From NCBI GenBank assembly GCA_017520545.1, contig JAFXFM010000003.1:5062-69061 (forward strand): DNA of 64,000 nt. The letters run 5' to 3'. Below are positions 47,144-58,481 of the stretch, piece by piece. The first letter of the stretch is position 1; each line of letters begins with the position of its first letter. The translations under genes and the position numbers were made by a program. The notes below the pieces were generated by a model. That model was not told the DNA's origin, ran no database searches, and saw only the letters and a list, made by a program, of their open reading frames with translations. Source of the DNA: Alistipes sp. (lineage in GTDB: Bacteria > Bacteroidota > Bacteroidia > Bacteroidales > Rikenellaceae).

Positions 47144-48952
47144 ATGAAGAGGGTTTTTGCCATATTGCTCATTGCGCTGCTATGTTGTGGATTTATTCCA
47201 CAGCACAAAGCGATGCGCCAATTGACCAACAAGGAGATTTCCGAGTTGTATGTCGATGCAATAAAGGCATTAACCATCAAAGGGGATACGACAAGTGCTA
47301 CCAAGGCATTGGAGGCGATTATTCGGCAAGATCCCAATCACGCACCGGCGTTGCACCGACTTGCGCACATCACAAAGAACGACACGCTCGCTGCGCACTA
47401 TGCAAGAAAGGCGTATCTTTCCGATACCACAAACTTCTACTATTTGGAGACATATTGTGGTTCGTTGTTGCGAACAGATGGGTATTTGGAGGCTATTCCC
47501 GCCTTCAAAAAGTTGGTTAAGAAGAGTACCGAGCCGAAAGATTTCCACGTATTCGCCATTCTGCTCAACGTCACCAAGCAGACCAATGAGGCGATAGCGG
47601 TGCTGGATAGCGCAGAGGTACGTTTTGGCCGTATTCCCGAATTGGGAAGATTGCGCCAAAACTACCTGATAAATTTGGGTCGCATCTTGGAGGCTGAGGC
47701 TGATGCCAAAAAATCGGTCGAAGAGGCTCCATACCTTGTTGATAACCACATCTCGCTCGCCAGAATATACGCTGCGACTCGTCGCGACTCGTTGGCGGTG
47801 GTGTCGTATCAAAACGCCATTGCGATCGATACGTTGGATTATCGCCCTTGGACACTCTTGGCAGAGCACTACAATATGCGCGGAGATAGAGCGTCGTATC
47901 TCTCGCTTCTGCCGCGTATCTTCGCAATCGAGAGCCTGCCGTTGAAGTACAAAATTGAGGAGTGGGAACAACTCATAACGGACAGGAATAGTTATCACAA
48001 GTTCTACTACATTTACGACACAATTATCAAGCAGCTCTACATCCTCCACCCCGGCAACAGAGATGTCTTTGTGGCTTACACCAACCACCTGATAATTTCG
48101 AGCCAGAAGGAGGAGGCTTTGCAATTGTACAAACAATTTATAAAAGGGTCTTCGGCAACAGAGGTAGACTTCGAGAGTCTTTGTTGGCTCGAAAATTCGC
48201 TCAACCGCCCCGACTCTGTCGAGCACTACCTGAACATTGCGGCGAAGCGTTTCCCCAAGAACAACTCTTTTGGTGTGTCGGCGGGACTCTTTGCCGAGAA
48301 TCGCAAGGAGTACGACAAAGCTCTCCAACTCTTCGGAGAGGCACTCGCAAACACCACCGACAAAGAGAAACGCAGCCACTTATACGTACATATAGGCAGA
48401 GTTGAGTCCAAGCGCGACAATATGAAGGCGTGCTACAAGGCATTCGACAACGCCCTGAAATGCAGCAAGGGCAACGACACTCTGCGTAGCAACGTCTACG
48501 CCACAATTGGCGACATAGAGCACCAGCGCAACAATATGAAGGCGTGTTACAAGGCTTACGACAAGTCGCTGAAATGTTTCGCCGACAACGCCACAGTGCT
48601 GAACAACTACGCCTACTTTCTCTCGCTCGACAACAGCGACTTGGAGCGTGCTTTGAAGATGATAGACCGCGCGTTGGAGCTCTCCGAAAATAGTTCGACC
48701 TTACTCGACACAAAGGCGTGGGTGCTCTATTCGCTTGGCCGCTATGCCGAGGCGAAGAAGGTTATGCAGCAGGCGCTTTCGCTCAATCGCGGCAGCGACC
48801 CATTATATGCGCTCCACTATGGCGATATCCTTCACGCTCTTGGCGAGGAGTTTATGGCAAAAACCTATTGGCGCAAAGCGCTGGAACAAGGCGCCGACAA
48901 GGAGGAGATTGAGAAGCGTTTTTTACAAAAGAAGGATAATTCCGAAAAGTAG
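47144..48952 (+). CDS. Tetratricopeptide-repeat protein, exported
   Basis: Signal-like N-terminus; TPRs including NATVLNNYAYFLS, LDTKAWVLY..G.Y.EA, HYGDIL. Confidence 0.9.
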   Translation: MKRVFAILLIALLCCGFIPQHKAMRQLTNKEISELYVDAIKALTIKGDTTSATKALEAIIRQDPNHAPALHRLAHITKNDTLAAHYARKAYLSDTTNFYYLETYCGSLLRTDGYLEAIPAFKKLVKKSTEPKDFHVFAILLNVTKQTNEAIAVLDSAEVRFGRIPELGRLRQNYLINLGRILEAEADAKKSVEEAPYLVDNHISLARIYAATRRDSLAVVSYQNAIAIDTLDYRPWTLLAEHYNMRGDRASYLSLLPRIFAIESLPLKYKIEEWEQLITDRNSYHKFYYIYDTIIKQLYILHPGNRDVFVAYTNHLIISSQKEEALQLYKQFIKGSSATEVDFESLCWLENSLNRPDSVEHYLNIAAKRFPKNNSFGVSAGLFAENRKEYDKALQLFGEALANTTDKEKRSHLYVHIGRVESKRDNMKACYKAFDNALKCSKGNDTLRSNVYATIGDIEHQRNNMKACYKAYDKSLKCFADNATVLNNYAYFLSLDNSDLERALKMIDRALELSENSSTLLDTKAWVLYSLGRYAEAKKVMQQALSLNRGSDPLYALHYGDILHALGEEFMAKTYWRKALEQGADKEEIEKRFLQKKDNSEK

Positions 48953-48958
48953 TATTCG

Positions 48959-50080
48959 ATGTTAAGAAAGCTCTACATATTGGTACTTGCTGCTCTTTTG
49001 GCAGCGGCACTTCCTGCCATTGCACAGAGTAACAAGGTGAAGAGGCAGGAGGCTGTAATTGCTGAACTTCGACGCAACATAAAAGAGGAGGAGAAGACCC
49101 TCCGTGAACTCAAAAAGAATAAGGCTTCGGCGCAGGAGTTGGTAATATCACTTACCAAGCAAATTGAGAGCCGAACCGCCCTTATCGAGGAGACGTCGCG
49201 CCAGATTAAGAAGCTCACGGCAGAGGTCGTCGCCACCGAGAAGCGAATAAACTCGCTCAGCACACAACTCGCGCAACTCGAAAAAAATGTTACCGAGATT
49301 ATTCGTGAAGCTTATCGCAACTATCGCTATCAGAGCCACTTAACCTATATATTCTCGGCAGATTCGTTTGCCGACATTGCGCGACGTATTGCTATGTTGA
49401 GAGTAGCCACCGACTTCCGTCACGAACAGATAAAGGAGGTTACAAAAATCCGTGCCAACGTTCAGAAGGAACGCGATAAACTCGCCAAGCAGCGCGAGGT
49501 GCTGAACGAGACCAAGAGGCAACTCAACATCGAGCGCAAGAAGCTGAAAGCTGACGTTGCCTCGGCAAAGAAGTCCATCGAGCAGATGACAAGTAAAGAG
49601 AAGAGTGTTTTGCGCTCGAAGACGGAGCACCAGAAGAGGTTGAACGACGCCATCAAGGAGTTGCGCAAACTTGTCAAGGGCAACAAGAAAGGCTCGTCGT
49701 TTGTGGCGGGAAGAAAATTGCAGTTGCCTGTCGAAAATGGCAAAGTTGTCCGATATAAGGAGAATATCGCCGAGATTTCGGGCGCAGAGGGCGCCGCAGT
49801 AACCTCGGTGTATGAGGGAAGGGTGTTCAAGGTTGCTCGAAACAAGGTAAACAATAAGTACGACGTCTTTATTGCTCACGGCGAGTACATCACCTCTTAC
49901 GCAAATCTCTCGGAGGTTATGGTCGAGAATGGCGACGACGTGAAGAAAGATCAGCGCATCGGCACCATAGGCAGTATGTTCGACCTTCGCTCGGAGGAGA
50001 TTGTGTATAAGATAATTTTCGGCATATACTCTCCTAATCCAAGGGAGAAGATATATGCGGAAGTTCATTTCAGAAAGTAG
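48959..50080 (+). CDS. EnvC-like murein hydrolase activator (coiled coil + degenerate M23)
   Basis: Long coiled coil; C-terminal LPVENG, HGEYITSYANL, V..GD.VKKDQRIG. Confidence 0.85.
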   Translation: MLRKLYILVLAALLAAALPAIAQSNKVKRQEAVIAELRRNIKEEEKTLRELKKNKASAQELVISLTKQIESRTALIEETSRQIKKLTAEVVATEKRINSLSTQLAQLEKNVTEIIREAYRNYRYQSHLTYIFSADSFADIARRIAMLRVATDFRHEQIKEVTKIRANVQKERDKLAKQREVLNETKRQLNIERKKLKADVASAKKSIEQMTSKEKSVLRSKTEHQKRLNDAIKELRKLVKGNKKGSSFVAGRKLQLPVENGKVVRYKENIAEISGAEGAAVTSVYEGRVFKVARNKVNNKYDVFIAHGEYITSYANLSEVMVENGDDVKKDQRIGTIGSMFDLRSEEIVYKIIFGIYSPNPREKIYAEVHFRK

Positions 50081-50081
50081 T

Positions 50082-50519
50082 ATGGATATCTCATTTTATA
50101 CCGATAGCTGCAACTACCGCCTACCACAAAAGCGACTTATACGTCGTTGGCTGCGCGAGGTGGCACAGCAGGAGGGCGGCTACACGATAGGCGAAATTTC
50201 GTATATTTTCTGCTCGGCAGAGCGTCATCGTGCGATGAACATCGAGTTTCTTGGCCACGACTACTTCACCGATATTATCACTTTTGACGATAGCGACCTC
50301 GAAGAGGGCTATATCGCCGGCGATATATTTATCGATATCGAAACGGTAAGGGATAATGCCCGATTGTATGGCGCAACGGCACACCAGGAGATGTTGCGTG
50401 TAATCGTTCACGGCGTTCTGCACCTCTGCGGTCAGAAAGATAAAACCCCTCGTGCGGAGAAGCAGATGCACAAGAAGGAGGATAAATATCTCGCGTTGCT
50501 CGGGCAAATTAAGTGTTAA
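50082..50519 (+). CDS. ybeY: rRNA maturation endoribonuclease YbeY
   Basis: HDYFTDIITF, GDIFI, RVIVHGVLHLCG; start at MDISFY. Confidence 0.96.
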   Translation: MDISFYTDSCNYRLPQKRLIRRWLREVAQQEGGYTIGEISYIFCSAERHRAMNIEFLGHDYFTDIITFDDSDLEEGYIAGDIFIDIETVRDNARLYGATAHQEMLRVIVHGVLHLCGQKDKTPRAEKQMHKKEDKYLALLGQIKC

Positions 50520-50568
50520 GTATTGCAAGCTAATGGCTAACAGCTAACAGCTAATAGCCCTCAGAATT

Positions 50569-52452
50569 ATGGTACAGAATTTTGATGTTATCGTTATCGG
50601 TGCTGGACACGCAGGTTGTGAGGCGGCTTCGGCGGCGGCTCGCAGGGGGTGTCGTACGCTGCTCATAACAATGGATATGACCAAGTTCGCCTCGATGTCG
50701 TGCAACCCTGCAATAGGTGGCGTGGCAAAGGGACAAATTGTCCGCGAAATAGATGCCCTCGGAGGCGAAACGGGCATCGTTACCGATTTGACCACCATAC
50801 AGTTTCGTATGCTCAACCGCTCGAAGGGTGCCGCTATGTGGAGCCCACGAGCGCAGTGCGACAAAGCCGCCTTCTCGGCAGAGTGGCGACACCGCCTTGA
50901 AAATCGCGAAAACCTCTTTATTTGGCAAGATTCTGTTACGGAGATACTCTTTGACACCGAGGGCGAGAAACCGCGCGCAAAGGGCGTTAAAACGCAAATG
51001 GGCGTGGAGTTCGAGGCGAAGACCATAGTGCTCACCGCAGGAACATTCCTATCGGGATTGATGCACTGCGGTCGCAACAATGCACAAGGTGGTCGTGCAG
51101 GTGATGCTGCAGCGTATGGCGTAACCGAAAGCCTTGTAAATCAGGGGGTTGAGGTTGGAAGAATGAAAACAGGAACTCCTGCACGTCTTGATGCGCGCAC
51201 AATAGACTTCTCGATTTTGGAGATGCAACCCGGGGACGAGAACCCATCGAAGTTCTCCTTCTCGGACGAAACTGAGCCGGTGCGCGAGCAGATGCCGTGC
51301 TACCTCGTTTATACCTCGCAGGAGGTGCACGATACACTGCGCACGGGTTTTGAGGATTCGCCTCTTTTCAACGGCACAATCAAGGGTATCGGACCGCGCT
51401 ACTGCCCAAGCATAGAGGATAAGTTGCGTACCTTCGCCGATAAGGAGCAGCACCAACTATTCCTCGAACCCGAGGGTCGCAACACCAACGAATACTACCT
51501 TAACGGTTTCTCGTCGTCGCTACCATACGAGGTGCAACTCTCTGCCCTTCACCAGATTAGGGGCTTAGAGAAGGTCCACGCCTACCGCACAGGCTACGCT
51601 ATTGAGTACGACTACTTCCCACCGACGCAGCTGAAACACTCGTTGGAGAGCAAACTCATTGACAATCTGTACTTTGCAGGGCAAGTTAATGGCACGACGG
51701 GTTACGAAGAGGCGGCAGCACAGGGACTTCTTGCCGGTATAAACGCATCGCTACGCGTCGAGGGCTCCGAGCCGATAGTATTACAACGCGACGAGGCGTA
51801 TATCGGAGTGTTGATTGATGATCTTGTGGTGAAGGGCGTCGATGAGCCATACCGAATGTTTACCTCACGCGCCGAGTACAGAATTTTGCTTAGACAAGAT
51901 AATGCCGATCGGCGACTCACCCCACTTGGTCATAAATTGGGGTTGATTTCCGATTCGCGCTACAAAAAATTCAACGAAAAAATTTCGCGCGTAGATTCGC
52001 TTATTTCGTACACTCGTCAGCAAGGTGCGAAAATATGCGAAATTCAAAACTACTTAATTTCGCTTGGTTTACCCGAAATTTCGCAGGGCAAAAAAATTTT
52101 TGACCTCGCCTTGCGTAACGACTTAACTCTTGCCGGACTCGTTGGCGCACTGCCAAAACTCCAAAAATTTGTCAGCGAAAACGGAATTACCGAGAGCGAC
52201 ATCGAGGAGGCAGAGATTGAAATTAAGTATAGCGGATATATCGAACGCGAGCGCCAAGTGGCAGAAAAACTCCACCGATTGGAAAACATCTCTATTCCTG
52301 AGGGGTTCGATTACTCCTCGATGCAGTCGCTCACTATCGAGGCGCGACAAAAGCTCAACCGCATACGTCCCGCCACAATCGGACAAGCATCGCGCATTCC
52401 GGGCGTTTCACCGGCAGATGTAAATGTTCTTTTGGTTAAGTTTGGAAGATAG
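50569..52452 (+). CDS. mnmG: tRNA uridine-5-carboxymethylaminomethyl modification enzyme
   Basis: VIGAGHAGCEAA, MSCNPAIGG, GPRYCPSIEDK, GQVNGTTGYEEAAAQG, YRMFTSRAEYR. Confidence 0.98.
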   Translation: MVQNFDVIVIGAGHAGCEAASAAARRGCRTLLITMDMTKFASMSCNPAIGGVAKGQIVREIDALGGETGIVTDLTTIQFRMLNRSKGAAMWSPRAQCDKAAFSAEWRHRLENRENLFIWQDSVTEILFDTEGEKPRAKGVKTQMGVEFEAKTIVLTAGTFLSGLMHCGRNNAQGGRAGDAAAYGVTESLVNQGVEVGRMKTGTPARLDARTIDFSILEMQPGDENPSKFSFSDETEPVREQMPCYLVYTSQEVHDTLRTGFEDSPLFNGTIKGIGPRYCPSIEDKLRTFADKEQHQLFLEPEGRNTNEYYLNGFSSSLPYEVQLSALHQIRGLEKVHAYRTGYAIEYDYFPPTQLKHSLESKLIDNLYFAGQVNGTTGYEEAAAQGLLAGINASLRVEGSEPIVLQRDEAYIGVLIDDLVVKGVDEPYRMFTSRAEYRILLRQDNADRRLTPLGHKLGLISDSRYKKFNEKISRVDSLISYTRQQGAKICEIQNYLISLGLPEISQGKKIFDLALRNDLTLAGLVGALPKLQKFVSENGITESDIEEAEIEIKYSGYIERERQVAEKLHRLENISIPEGFDYSSMQSLTIEARQKLNRIRPATIGQASRIPGVSPADVNVLLVKFGR

Positions 52453-52466
52453 TTCCACGTGGAACA
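52451..52466. promoter_or_regulatory. parS-like site 1
   Basis: AGTTCCACGTGGAACA versus consensus TGTTNCACGTGNAACA. Confidence 0.85.
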
Positions 52467-52494
52467 AAGAGCAACAAACAGAAACAAATAGGAT

Positions 52495-52510
52495 TGTTCC
52501 ACGAGGAACA
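52495..52510. promoter_or_regulatory. parS-like site 2, embedded in a terminator hairpin
   Basis: TGTTCCACGAGGAACA inside ATAGGATTGTTCC-ACGA-GGAACAATCCTAT then TTTATTT. Confidence 0.8.
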
Positions 52511-52541
52511 ATCCTATTTTATTTGGCTGATAACCAAGCGT

Positions 52542-53555
52542 TTATTCAACCTCAACGTTCCAATTGTGAACATCCGGAACCCTACCATATTGAACATCCT
52601 GCAACGACTTGTAGAGGTCCAACAACACTGGCCCAACCTCGTCGCCATAGTGAATTTTTTCGCCCGTTTCCGGATCGAAAACATTGCCAAGCGGCGTAAT
52701 AATTGCGCCCGTACCGCAAGCACCACACTCGTCAAAAGTTGGCAGTTCGGCAACATCAATGGGTCGCTGCTCCACCTCAAAACCCCTATCTTTTGCGAGC
52801 TGCATCAACGAATCGTTGGTAATAGAGGGTAAAATAGACGGAGATTTCGGTGTTATATAGCTATTTCCTTTGATTGCAATGAAGTTTGCCGCACCACACT
52901 CCTCGATATAGCGATGCTCGACAGACTCGGTATAAAGCACTGCACTATACCCCATTTCGTGTGCTTCCTCGTATGAAAGCATACTCGAAGCGTAGTTGCC
53001 TCCCACCTTCACATCGCCCGTACCGAGTGGGGCTGAACGGTCCTGATTGCGGTTTACAATCGCATCTATCGGCTGAATACCATCTTTAAAATATGGTCCT
53101 ACGGGAGTTGCAAAGACGCAGAAACCCGCCTCACCCGATGGTCGCACGGTCAAACGAGGGCGCGTTCCATACAACACCGGACGTATATATAACGCCGCAC
53201 GCGACTCGTAAGGTGGTAAAAACTCGATATTTCGGCGCACAATATCCACACACGCCTCGACAAACTCGTCTGCCGAAACCATTGGCAAACACAATTTTCG
53301 CGCACCCGAAGCCATACGAACTGCGTGGGCATAAGGGCGAAAAATGCGCACTTTTCCATCAACGCCTCGAAAAGCCTTGATGCCCTCAAAGGCCTGCAAA
53401 CCATAATTTAGGCACGCCGAACACATATGTACGGGGATATACTCGCTTGTAGTATATTCAGGCTCAGACCACTTGCCGTCCTTATAGTATCGACGAAGAT
53501 TCTCGCCCCCCGTCGAGTTGAAATCGAAACTCAATTCGTCCCAATTTAATTTCAT
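52542..53555 (-). CDS. ilvE: Branched-chain amino acid aminotransferase
   Basis: LNYGLQAFEGIKA, LYIRP, GDVKVGGNYA, IEECGAAN, ILPSIT, CGTGAIITP. Confidence 0.95.
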   Translation of the reverse strand: MKLNWDELSFDFNSTGGENLRRYYKDGKWSEPEYTTSEYIPVHMCSACLNYGLQAFEGIKAFRGVDGKVRIFRPYAHAVRMASGARKLCLPMVSADEFVEACVDIVRRNIEFLPPYESRAALYIRPVLYGTRPRLTVRPSGEAGFCVFATPVGPYFKDGIQPIDAIVNRNQDRSAPLGTGDVKVGGNYASSMLSYEEAHEMGYSAVLYTESVEHRYIEECGAANFIAIKGNSYITPKSPSILPSITNDSLMQLAKDRGFEVEQRPIDVAELPTFDECGACGTGAIITPLGNVFDPETGEKIHYGDEVGPVLLDLYKSLQDVQYGRVPDVHNWNVEVE

Positions 53556-53622
53556 TTCTCTATACTTTTATGTGGGGTAACGTCCTCATTATGATTTCGT
53601 TACGCCCACATTTAAGGTTTAT

Positions 53623-53638
53623 TGTTCTTCGTGGAACA
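53623..53638. promoter_or_regulatory. parS-like site 3 (degenerate)
   Basis: TGTTCTTCGTGGAACA, 2 mismatches to TGTTCCACGTGGAACA, intergenic. Confidence 0.6.
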
Positions 53639-53643
53639 TCTGT

Positions 53644-55680
53644 TTATCCAACCATTGCTCCGTTGTTGGTCTTCTCGTTTGGTTGGAGCAATCGCAACGC
53701 TCCGGTCGCATCCTCCGCCATAAGAATCATACCCTGCGAGGTAATACCCTTAAAATCGCGCGGTGCGAGGTTTACAAGCACCAAAACCTGCTTACCCACC
53801 AACTCCTCGGGCGAGAAGTGTTCAGCAATACCCGACACAATTGTTCGCTTGTCGATACCGGTGTCGATAGTCAGTTTGAGCAACTTCTTGGTCTTTGGCA
53901 ACTTCTCCGCCTCCAAGATGGTCGAAACACGGATATCCATCTTCTGAAACTCGTCAAAGGTGCACTCTGCCTTCTGTGGCTCCGCCTTAACCTCGGCCGC
54001 AGCATTCTGCTTTGCAATCTCCGTGAGGCGATCGAGCTGCTTCTGTATTACGTCGTCCTCTATCTTCTCGAAGAGCAACGAAGGCTCGCCGATACGGTGT
54101 CCCGCAGCGAGCAAATCCATCGCTCCAAGGCGCTCCCAACCAAACTTCTCGCACTCCAACATCGCAAGGATTTTGGCTGCCGAGAATGGCATAAACGGCT
54201 CTATTGCAATGGCGATATTCGCAGTAATCTGCAAGGCTATATTGAGTATAGTCTTAACGCGCTCGGCGTCGGTCTTTATCAACTTCCACGGCTCCGAGTC
54301 AGCAAGATATTTGTTGCCGATGCGAGCGAAATTCATCGCATCCTTCAACGCCTCGCGGAAGCGATAGTTCTCGATATTCGACTCCAACGAAGCCTTAATA
54401 GACGACAACTCGGCAATTGTATCTCGGTCATAATCAGTGAGTTCGCCACACGTAGGCACCACACCGTCGTAGTACTTTTGGGTAAGTACCAACGCACGAT
54501 TTACGAAGTTTCCGAGAACGGCAACTAACTCGTTGTTGTTGCGTGCCTGATAATCCTTCCACGTAAAGTCGTTATCCTTGGTTTCGGGCGCAGTGGCGCA
54601 GAGCGCATAACGCAAAACATCCTCCTTGCCCGGGAAGTCTACAAGATACTCGTGCAACCAAACCGCCCAATTCTTCGAGGTCGAAATTTTATTGCCCTCC
54701 AAGTTCAGGAACTCGTTGCTTGGCACATTCTCCGGCAAAATATAGCCTCCGTGCGCCTTCAACATCGAAGGGAAGACAATGCAGTGGAACACGATATTGT
54801 CCTTGCCGATGAAGTGTACGAGCTTGGTATCCTCACTCTTCCAATACTTCTCCCAATCAGGTGTAAGTTCCTTTGTAGCAGATATATAGCCAATTGGCGC
54901 ATCGAACCAAACGTACAAAACCTTGCCCTCGGCACCCTCTACCGGAACGGGAATACCCCACTCCAAGTCGCGGCTTACGGCACGAGGCAACAAACCTCCG
55001 TCGAGCCAGCTCTTGCACTGGCCATAGACGTTCGATTTCCACTCTTTGTGGCCCTCTAAAATCCACTCGCGGAGCATCTGCTCGTATTGGTCGAGTGGCA
55101 AGTACCAATGCTTTGTTTCGCGCTTTACGGGGGTTGCACCCGAGAGTGTCGAGCGTGGATTTACCAACTCGTCAGGCGAGAGTGTTGAGCCGCACACCTC
55201 GCACTGGTCGCCGTATGCACCATCTGCACCACATTTAGGGCAAGTGCCTGTGATATAGCGGTCTGCGAGGAACGATTTAGCCTCCTCGTCGTAGAACTGC
55301 TCGGTGGTCTGCTCAACGAATTTACCCTCGTCGTACAACTTGCGGAAGAAAGCCGAGGCGGTCTCTGCGTGTACGGGCGATGAGGTACGCGAGTAGATGT
55401 CGAACGAAATGCCGAGTTTCTCGAACGAATCCTTTATTATTGCGTGGTAGCGATCCACTACCTGCTGTGGGGTTATACCCTCCTTTTTTGCCTTGATTGT
55501 GATAGGCACTCCGTGCTCGTCGCTTCCGCAGACCGAAATCACATCGCGACCTCGCAAGCGGAGGTAGCGAGTGTAGATGTCCGACGGAATATATACGCCA
55601 GCGAGATGTCCGATATGCACCGGACCATTCGCATAGGGCAGAGCCGAAGTGATAAGATATCTCTTAAATTCCTTTGACAT
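53644..55680 (-). CDS. metG: Methionine--tRNA ligase with C-terminal tRNA-binding domain
   Basis: [27 protein letters not shown] knuckle, [21 protein letters not shown]. Confidence 0.98.
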   Translation of the reverse strand: MSKEFKRYLITSALPYANGPVHIGHLAGVYIPSDIYTRYLRLRGRDVISVCGSDEHGVPITIKAKKEGITPQQVVDRYHAIIKDSFEKLGISFDIYSRTSSPVHAETASAFFRKLYDEGKFVEQTTEQFYDEEAKSFLADRYITGTCPKCGADGAYGDQCEVCGSTLSPDELVNPRSTLSGATPVKRETKHWYLPLDQYEQMLREWILEGHKEWKSNVYGQCKSWLDGGLLPRAVSRDLEWGIPVPVEGAEGKVLYVWFDAPIGYISATKELTPDWEKYWKSEDTKLVHFIGKDNIVFHCIVFPSMLKAHGGYILPENVPSNEFLNLEGNKISTSKNWAVWLHEYLVDFPGKEDVLRYALCATAPETKDNDFTWKDYQARNNNELVAVLGNFVNRALVLTQKYYDGVVPTCGELTDYDRDTIAELSSIKASLESNIENYRFREALKDAMNFARIGNKYLADSEPWKLIKTDAERVKTILNIALQITANIAIAIEPFMPFSAAKILAMLECEKFGWERLGAMDLLAAGHRIGEPSLLFEKIEDDVIQKQLDRLTEIAKQNAAAEVKAEPQKAECTFDEFQKMDIRVSTILEAEKLPKTKKLLKLTIDTGIDKRTIVSGIAEHFSPEELVGKQVLVLVNLAPRDFKGITSQGMILMAEDATGALRLLQPNEKTNNGAMVG

Positions 55681-55895
55681 AGAACTATGTTTTAATTGTT
55701 TCTTCTCCTACTAAACGGCAAAGATAGCAATCAAATTGAAAATTGACAATTGATAATTGATAATTTTTGTTTTTGCGAGGATAAAAGGGGGTAGCGATTA
55801 TATCTATTCTCCTTTTTGGAAAAGAAAAACCCGATATAGAACTTTTGGGGTTGTGTTCTGTTTTTGTACTTTTGCTGCGACAAAAAACCGGAAAA

Positions 55896-56561
55896 ATGAA
55901 AACAGCAATTAAAAAAATGATATATGTTCCAACCCTTGGCGAGGAGGTGGCAAACTCGATATCGCACGGCGTAATGGCAATTTTAGTGCTTTTAGCACTA
56001 CCCTTCTCTGCCGTTTGGGCGTATATCCACGAGCCGCTCCACCCCATTCTCGCATCAGTGGGTGTATCGGTATTTGTGCTCAGCATCTTTTTGATGTTGC
56101 TCTGCTCGACTCTCTACCACACTATGCAGCCCGAGTCGAAGCACAAGGCGGTGTTCCATATCCTCGACCACATAATGATCTACTTCGCCATAGCAGGCTC
56201 GTACACTCCCGTAGCACTCTGCGTTATCGGCGGCTGGCAAGGCGCGTTAATTGTTGTGGTTCAATGGCTTATGGTGTTGTTCGGCATTTTCTACAAGTCG
56301 TTGGCAAAGCGTTCTATTCCCTCTATAAGCCTGACGATTTATCTTATTATGGGCTGGATGATTATCATCTTCTTCCCTCTCTTCTGGAAGAGCGCCTCTA
56401 CCCCACTCCTCGCGCTGATTGCCGCAGGCGGCATCTTCTACACCATCGGTGCGTGGTTCTATGCCAAAAAGGGGTTCAAATATCACCACCTTGTGTGGCA
56501 CCTGCTAATAAACTTGGCGCTTATTTGCCACTTCATCGGAATAGTATTTTTCCTCTATTAG
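55896..56561 (+). CDS. Hemolysin III / PAQR family membrane protein
   Basis: EEVANSISHG, STLYH, DHIMIYFAIAGSYTP, YLIMGW, HHLVWHL. Confidence 0.93.
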   Translation: MKTAIKKMIYVPTLGEEVANSISHGVMAILVLLALPFSAVWAYIHEPLHPILASVGVSVFVLSIFLMLLCSTLYHTMQPESKHKAVFHILDHIMIYFAIAGSYTPVALCVIGGWQGALIVVVQWLMVLFGIFYKSLAKRSIPSISLTIYLIMGWMIIIFFPLFWKSASTPLLALIAAGGIFYTIGAWFYAKKGFKYHHLVWHLLINLALICHFIGIVFFLY

Positions 56562-56684
56562 ACTACCCCACTGCCAACTTTATGAGGCGAAAAACTGCAA
56601 ATTTTTGTAGTTTTCGTGAATACTTGTACGTCTTTTTTATATCTTTGTAATTGGAAAAATGTTCAACTTAAAAATTAAGGTACT

Positions 56685-58481
56685 ATGAAATTTTTTAAGG
56701 TATTTCTGGCTACCCTGCTCGCTATCGTTGTGAGCTCGGTACTTTCGTGGTTTTTGTGGCTTGTTATCTTCGTTGGTATGGCAGGCTCGATGGGACAAAC
56801 CACAGAGGCTGTTATTACGCCGCAAACAATCGTGAAGATAGATTTGGCAGAGAATATCTCGGATGCACCGTCGAAAAATCCGCTCGCAGGATTTGACTAC
56901 ACTACAATGACAATGGCGGAGAGCACCCACCTGTTGAAGGTGTTGCAGAGTATAGAGGCTGCAAAAAGCGACCTCCGCGTAAAGGGCATCTACCTCAACT
57001 TCACCGGCTTAGGAAGCGTAACAACCGGTGCTATTGAGGAGATACGCGCAGCGCTTGTCGATTTCAAGAAGAGTGGCAAGTTTGTGGTGGCATACAACGA
57101 AACCTATTCGCAAGGAGGCTACTACCTCGCCTCGGTTGCGGATAAGATATATCTCCACCCCGAAGGAGGATTCTCGTGGGTTGGTTTGGCGCAAAGTTCG
57201 CTCTTTATGAAGGGGGCGCTGGATAAACTCGGCTTGAAAGCGGAGGCGTTCCGCCCTACGACTTGCAAATATAAGAGCGCTGTTGAGCCATATATCCGCA
57301 AGGACTTCTCACCTGAAAATCGCGAGCAGTCGCAGATGATGATCGACGATATGTGGAGTGTGTTGGTCGGCACAATTGCCGAGAGCCGTAACCTCGATGC
57401 TAAAAAGCAGATGCATCTTGCCGACAAGTTGGAGGTTTCGCAACCCGAAGACGCCTTGAAGCACGGTTTGGTCGATGCACTTATCTATGAAGACGAGATG
57501 GAGGCAAAATTTGCCGAATATGGCGTTGAGAAGGGTACAGATGGCAAATTTAACATCATCTCGCTCGGTGAGTATATGACTCTTGCCCCTGTGATGCCGA
57601 AGTTTGGCGCTCCGGCAATCGGTATCGTATATGCCGAAGGTCAGGTATTCGATGGCGAGGGCGAAGATGATAATGTTTACAGTGTGAATGTTTCGCGTAC
57701 CCTCCGCAAGGCGCGTGAGGACAAGGATATCAAGGCGGTTGTATTTCGTGTAAATTCGCCGGGCGGAAGCGCCTTGGCAAGCGATGTTATCTGGCGCGAG
57801 GTGGAGCTGCTCCGCAAGGAGAAACCCGTAATTGTTTCGATGGGCTCGTATGCAGCAAGTGGAGGTTATTACATCTCGGCAGGAGCTGACGCTATCGTTG
57901 CCGACCGCCTCACTTTAACAGGCTCTATCGGCGTATTCGGAATGTTGCTCGAAGGCGAGGATATGCTCAACAAGAAGCTCGGCTTGACCACCGATGTTGT
58001 GAAGACCGGCTCGGCAGCGGATTTTGGCGCAAATGTTATGGGCGTGGGCGTTCGCAAAATTACCGACTTGGAGCGCAAGACCTTGCTTCGCTCGGTGGAT
58101 AAGGTTTACAACACCTTCACCACAAAGGTTGCCAATGGTCGTAACCTGCCTATTGAGAAGGTTTTGGAGTTGGCGCAGGGTAGAGTATGGTCGGGCACTC
58201 GTGCTGTGGAGTTGGGCTTGGCAGATATTAATGGAGGCTTGCGCGAGGCTATTGCCATTGCAGCAGATAAGGCGGGCATTGTAGAGAACTTCCGCATTAC
58301 GGAGGTGCTGGAGGAGTTATCACCTATTGCGCAGATGATGCAGCAGTTGAATATGCAGGCAAAGGCGTACTTGTTCGATGCCGAGACCTTGGAGGTTGCC
58401 GAGTACTACAACTCGTTGAAGCGTGAGTTGGCGCGCGAGGGCGTGCAGGCTTATTGCCCGTATGCTTTCAGCATAAACTAA
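56685..58481 (+). CDS. sppA: Signal peptide peptidase SppA (67K type)
   Basis: YKSAVEPY, FRVNSPGGSALAS, SMGSYAASGGYYIS, TLTGSIGVFG, QGRVWSG. Confidence 0.96.
   Translation: MKFFKVFLATLLAIVVSSVLSWFLWLVIFVGMAGSMGQTTEAVITPQTIVKIDLAENISDAPSKNPLAGFDYTTMTMAESTHLLKVLQSIEAAKSDLRVKGIYLNFTGLGSVTTGAIEEIRAALVDFKKSGKFVVAYNETYSQGGYYLASVADKIYLHPEGGFSWVGLAQSSLFMKGALDKLGLKAEAFRPTTCKYKSAVEPYIRKDFSPENREQSQMMIDDMWSVLVGTIAESRNLDAKKQMHLADKLEVSQPEDALKHGLVDALIYEDEMEAKFAEYGVEKGTDGKFNIISLGEYMTLAPVMPKFGAPAIGIVYAEGQVFDGEGEDDNVYSVNVSRTLRKAREDKDIKAVVFRVNSPGGSALASDVIWREVELLRKEKPVIVSMGSYAASGGYYISAGADAIVADRLTLTGSIGVFGMLLEGEDMLNKKLGLTTDVVKTGSAADFGANVMGVGVRKITDLERKTLLRSVDKVYNTFTTKVANGRNLPIEKVLELAQGRVWSGTRAVELGLADINGGLREAIAIAADKAGIVENFRITEVLEELSPIAQMMQQLNMQAKAYLFDAETLEVAEYYNSLKRELAREGVQAYCPYAFSIN

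Noticed and set aside
55896-56561. Haemolysin toxin
   Set aside because: Hemolysin III/PAQR is a widespread housekeeping membrane family; no evidence of toxicity.
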